DNA of 64,000 nt from NCBI GenBank assembly GCA_965203275.1, contig OZ241865.1, positions 2,304,001 to 2,368,000 on the forward strand. Reading direction: 5' to 3'. The stretch's first letter is position 1; each line of letters starts with the position of its first letter. Made by a program: the position numbers and the translations under genes. This DNA is from Bdellovibrionales bacterium. GTDB taxonomy: Bacteria; Bdellovibrionota; Bdellovibrionia; Bdellovibrionales; JAUICD01. The notes beneath the pieces were generated by a model that was not told the DNA's origin, did no database searches, and worked only from the letters and a program-made list of their open reading frames with translations. This document shows, in pieces, positions 61,896 through 64,000 of this stretch.

Positions 61896-62491
61896 TGTTT
61901 TTTGACTTTCATGCTCTAACCATTGTAGTTTTGTTAATGAAATAAAATTAATGAAACATCAATGGTTATAGTAGCTTTGCCTATGAAGTTATTTGCATTA
62001 AAATCAATGTCAAAAATGCAAACATCACTATATTTTAGGGTCTTATCTATTGATCAAGATTCTTTGAATTGAAGTAGAAAATCATTAAAATATTGTGATA
62101 GAAAATAATTATCAGGTATACTAACTGATCATAATGATTAGACATAAAAGTAAAATGTACAAAGAAGCTAAGGTAAACGTTAAGCCTAGCAATGAGCTTC
62201 CAGTCGATCACTCACTTTAAATATAATAAATTTTTAGGTGTAGCCTGTGTTGAGCTACGGATCTTTAAATACTTTTTTATTTTCAATATTCATGAGGCCA
62301 TCTCTTTTCCATTTTGACATTGGTTTTGATGGTTTTTTCTTCTTTGACTTTAAACATCTTGTTCTTGTTCTTGCAAATATAAAAATTATATGCAAATGAT
62401 AATATCAAGAGCAAATTTCATTTTAAGGATACAAATAAATAGTCATTTCTATATAATTTTGTTTTACTTAGAGTAATGTTTAACAACAAAG

Positions 62492-64000
62492 ATGGGTGGT
62501 CACTTGGCTAGTAATGTAATAAACTCAAGCAATGTAACACATTCAAAAGACACTTTGTCTTTTAAGCTTGGAAACTCTATAAACAAGTTTTTGATCCCTC
62601 TTGTTGCAGGGTGTTGGTCATTATTTCAACTGGCCTTACCTCAATTTATCCTTTTAAATTCAGAATATACTCGTAGCATTCACTTAGGTTTTGCTATTTT
62701 TTTAGTTTATTTAAGCTTCCCATTTATTAAGAATACTTTTTTAGTTAAACAGCTTAAAAAGGCTCCTCGTTTTCTACAATTTTTATATACAAAACAACCT
62801 GGACTTATTCAACTTTTGTTAGCTATTGTATCATCTGCTTGTGCTTTGTATTTGGCTTATGATTATGTAGGTATTGGAGGGCGATCAGGGATTCCAAGCC
62901 AAACAGATATGATTGTAGGCACTTTATTGATTATTCTACTCTTAGAAGCAGCTAGAAGGTCATTGGGTCCGCCTTTAGCTATTATTGCTTCACTTTTTTT
63001 AGTTTATTGTTTTTTTAGCGAGTATATGCCTGATGTGCTGGCCTTTAAAAATGCTACTTTGTCAAAGGTGATCTCTAAAATTGTAATGAGTACTGAAGGT
63101 ATTTATGGTGTTCCTTTAGATGTGTCTGCTTCGACTGTGTTTTTGTTTGTTCTTTTTGGAACTATGTTAGAAAAGACAGGCGGTGGTCAATACTTTATAC
63201 AAATTGCTTTTAGCTTGTTGGGTGGATTTAGGGGAGGACCTGCTAAAGCTGCGGTATTAGCTAGTGGTTTTACAGGGATGGTTTCTGGCTCAAGTATTGC
63301 AAATACAGTCACAACAGGAACCTTTACTATTCCTCTGATGAAAAAGGTAGGATTCCCTGGGTATAAGGCTGCTGCTGTGGAAGTGGCAGCTAGCACAAAT
63401 GGTCAGCTCATGCCTCCGATTATGGGTGCTGCTGCTTTTATTATAGCTGAATATTGTAATATTTCTTATTTTGAGGTTTTAAGGGCTGCTGCTGTACCAG
63501 CTTTTGTTTCTTACATGGCTCTTATTTATATCATTGACTTGGAATCTAAAAAAATGCGACTACAACCTGTTCCTAAGGATGAACTTCCAAAGTTTTGGCC
63601 AACCTTTGTATCAGGTATGCACTTTTTTATTCCACTAGGATTTCTTATTTACCAATTAATGATTTTAAGAAGATCTGCTTCTTTATCAGCTTATTACGCC
63701 ATAGTTGCATTAATGGTTTTAATCCTTGTACGCAATTTGATTGTAGATCATCGAAATAATCAATCCATGCTTTTATCTGTTCGTCAGACTTTTGTGCAAA
63801 TATGGAATAGTTTAGTGGCAGGTGGTCGCAATATGATGAGTATTAGTGTCGCTGTAGCAGCTGCGGGTATTATTGTAGGAGTTGTGACTTTTGGATTGGG
63901 CAATGCTGTAACAGAAGTGATTGATATGATAGCAGGTGATCGATTGATGGTTATGTTATTAATTACAGCTATGGTTAGTTTGTTATTAGGATTAGGATTA
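62492..64000 (+). CDS. TRAP fused 4TM/12TM permease, truncated by the window end
   Basis: Manual translation RSIHLGFA, EGIYGVPL, GGPAKAAV, SGSSIANTVTTG, GQLMPPIMGAAAF. Confidence 0.9.
   Translation, partial: MGGHLASNVINSSNVTHSKDTLSFKLGNSINKFLIPLVAGCWSLFQLALPQFILLNSEYTRSIHLGFAIFLVYLSFPFIKNTFLVKQLKKAPRFLQFLYTKQPGLIQLLLAIVSSACALYLAYDYVGIGGRSGIPSQTDMIVGTLLIILLLEAARRSLGPPLAIIASLFLVYCFFSEYMPDVLAFKNATLSKVISKIVMSTEGIYGVPLDVSASTVFLFVLFGTMLEKTGGGQYFIQIAFSLLGGFRGGPAKAAVLASGFTGMVSGSSIANTVTTGTFTIPLMKKVGFPGYKAAAVEVAASTNGQLMPPIMGAAAFIIAEYCNISYFEVLRAAAVPAFVSYMALIYIIDLESKKMRLQPVPKDELPKFWPTFVSGMHFFIPLGFLIYQLMILRRSASLSAYYAIVALMVLILVRNLIVDHRNNQSMLLSVRQTFVQIWNSLVAGGRNMMSISVAVAAAGIIVGVVTFGLGNAVTEVIDMIAGDRLMVMLLITAMVSLLLGLGL

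Noticed and set aside
61896..62491. Small gene between the TAXI and permease genes
   Set aside because: No convincing ORF or structure was found.

Overview
AT-rich bacterial chromosomal window, probably from Bdellovibrionota (inferred from FQNC-type lipoproteins, vWA lipoproteins, a mevalonate-kinase-like GHMP gene and a type IVa pilin). The ribosomal protein superoperon is split into divergent halves: rplE to rplQ on the minus strand (13729 to 2510) and rpsJ to rplN on the plus strand (25742-32002), with rplX absent at the break. Several core proteins are unusually extended: bL17 is fused to a TM helix and a thioredoxin domain, RpoA has a ~200-aa Gly/Gln/Tyr tail, and uL3 has a ~150-aa N-terminal extension. 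Also present are housekeeping genes (folC, addA-like, nth, folA, thyA, uvrA, PMM/PGM, frr, lnt, clpP-clpX-lon, galU), two orphan DNA methyltransferases, tandem Cys-repeat/vWA lipoproteins, a hipBA-type module with five operator-like palindromes and a TAXI-TRAP transporter. Intergenic DNA holds two covarying hairpin repeat families (about 150 bp and 96 bp), GGGATCC heptamer runs and an inverted-repeat-bounded segment upstream of the pilin. No rRNA, tRNA or CRISPR array was recognised. Gene calls come from visual motif recognition, not database searches.
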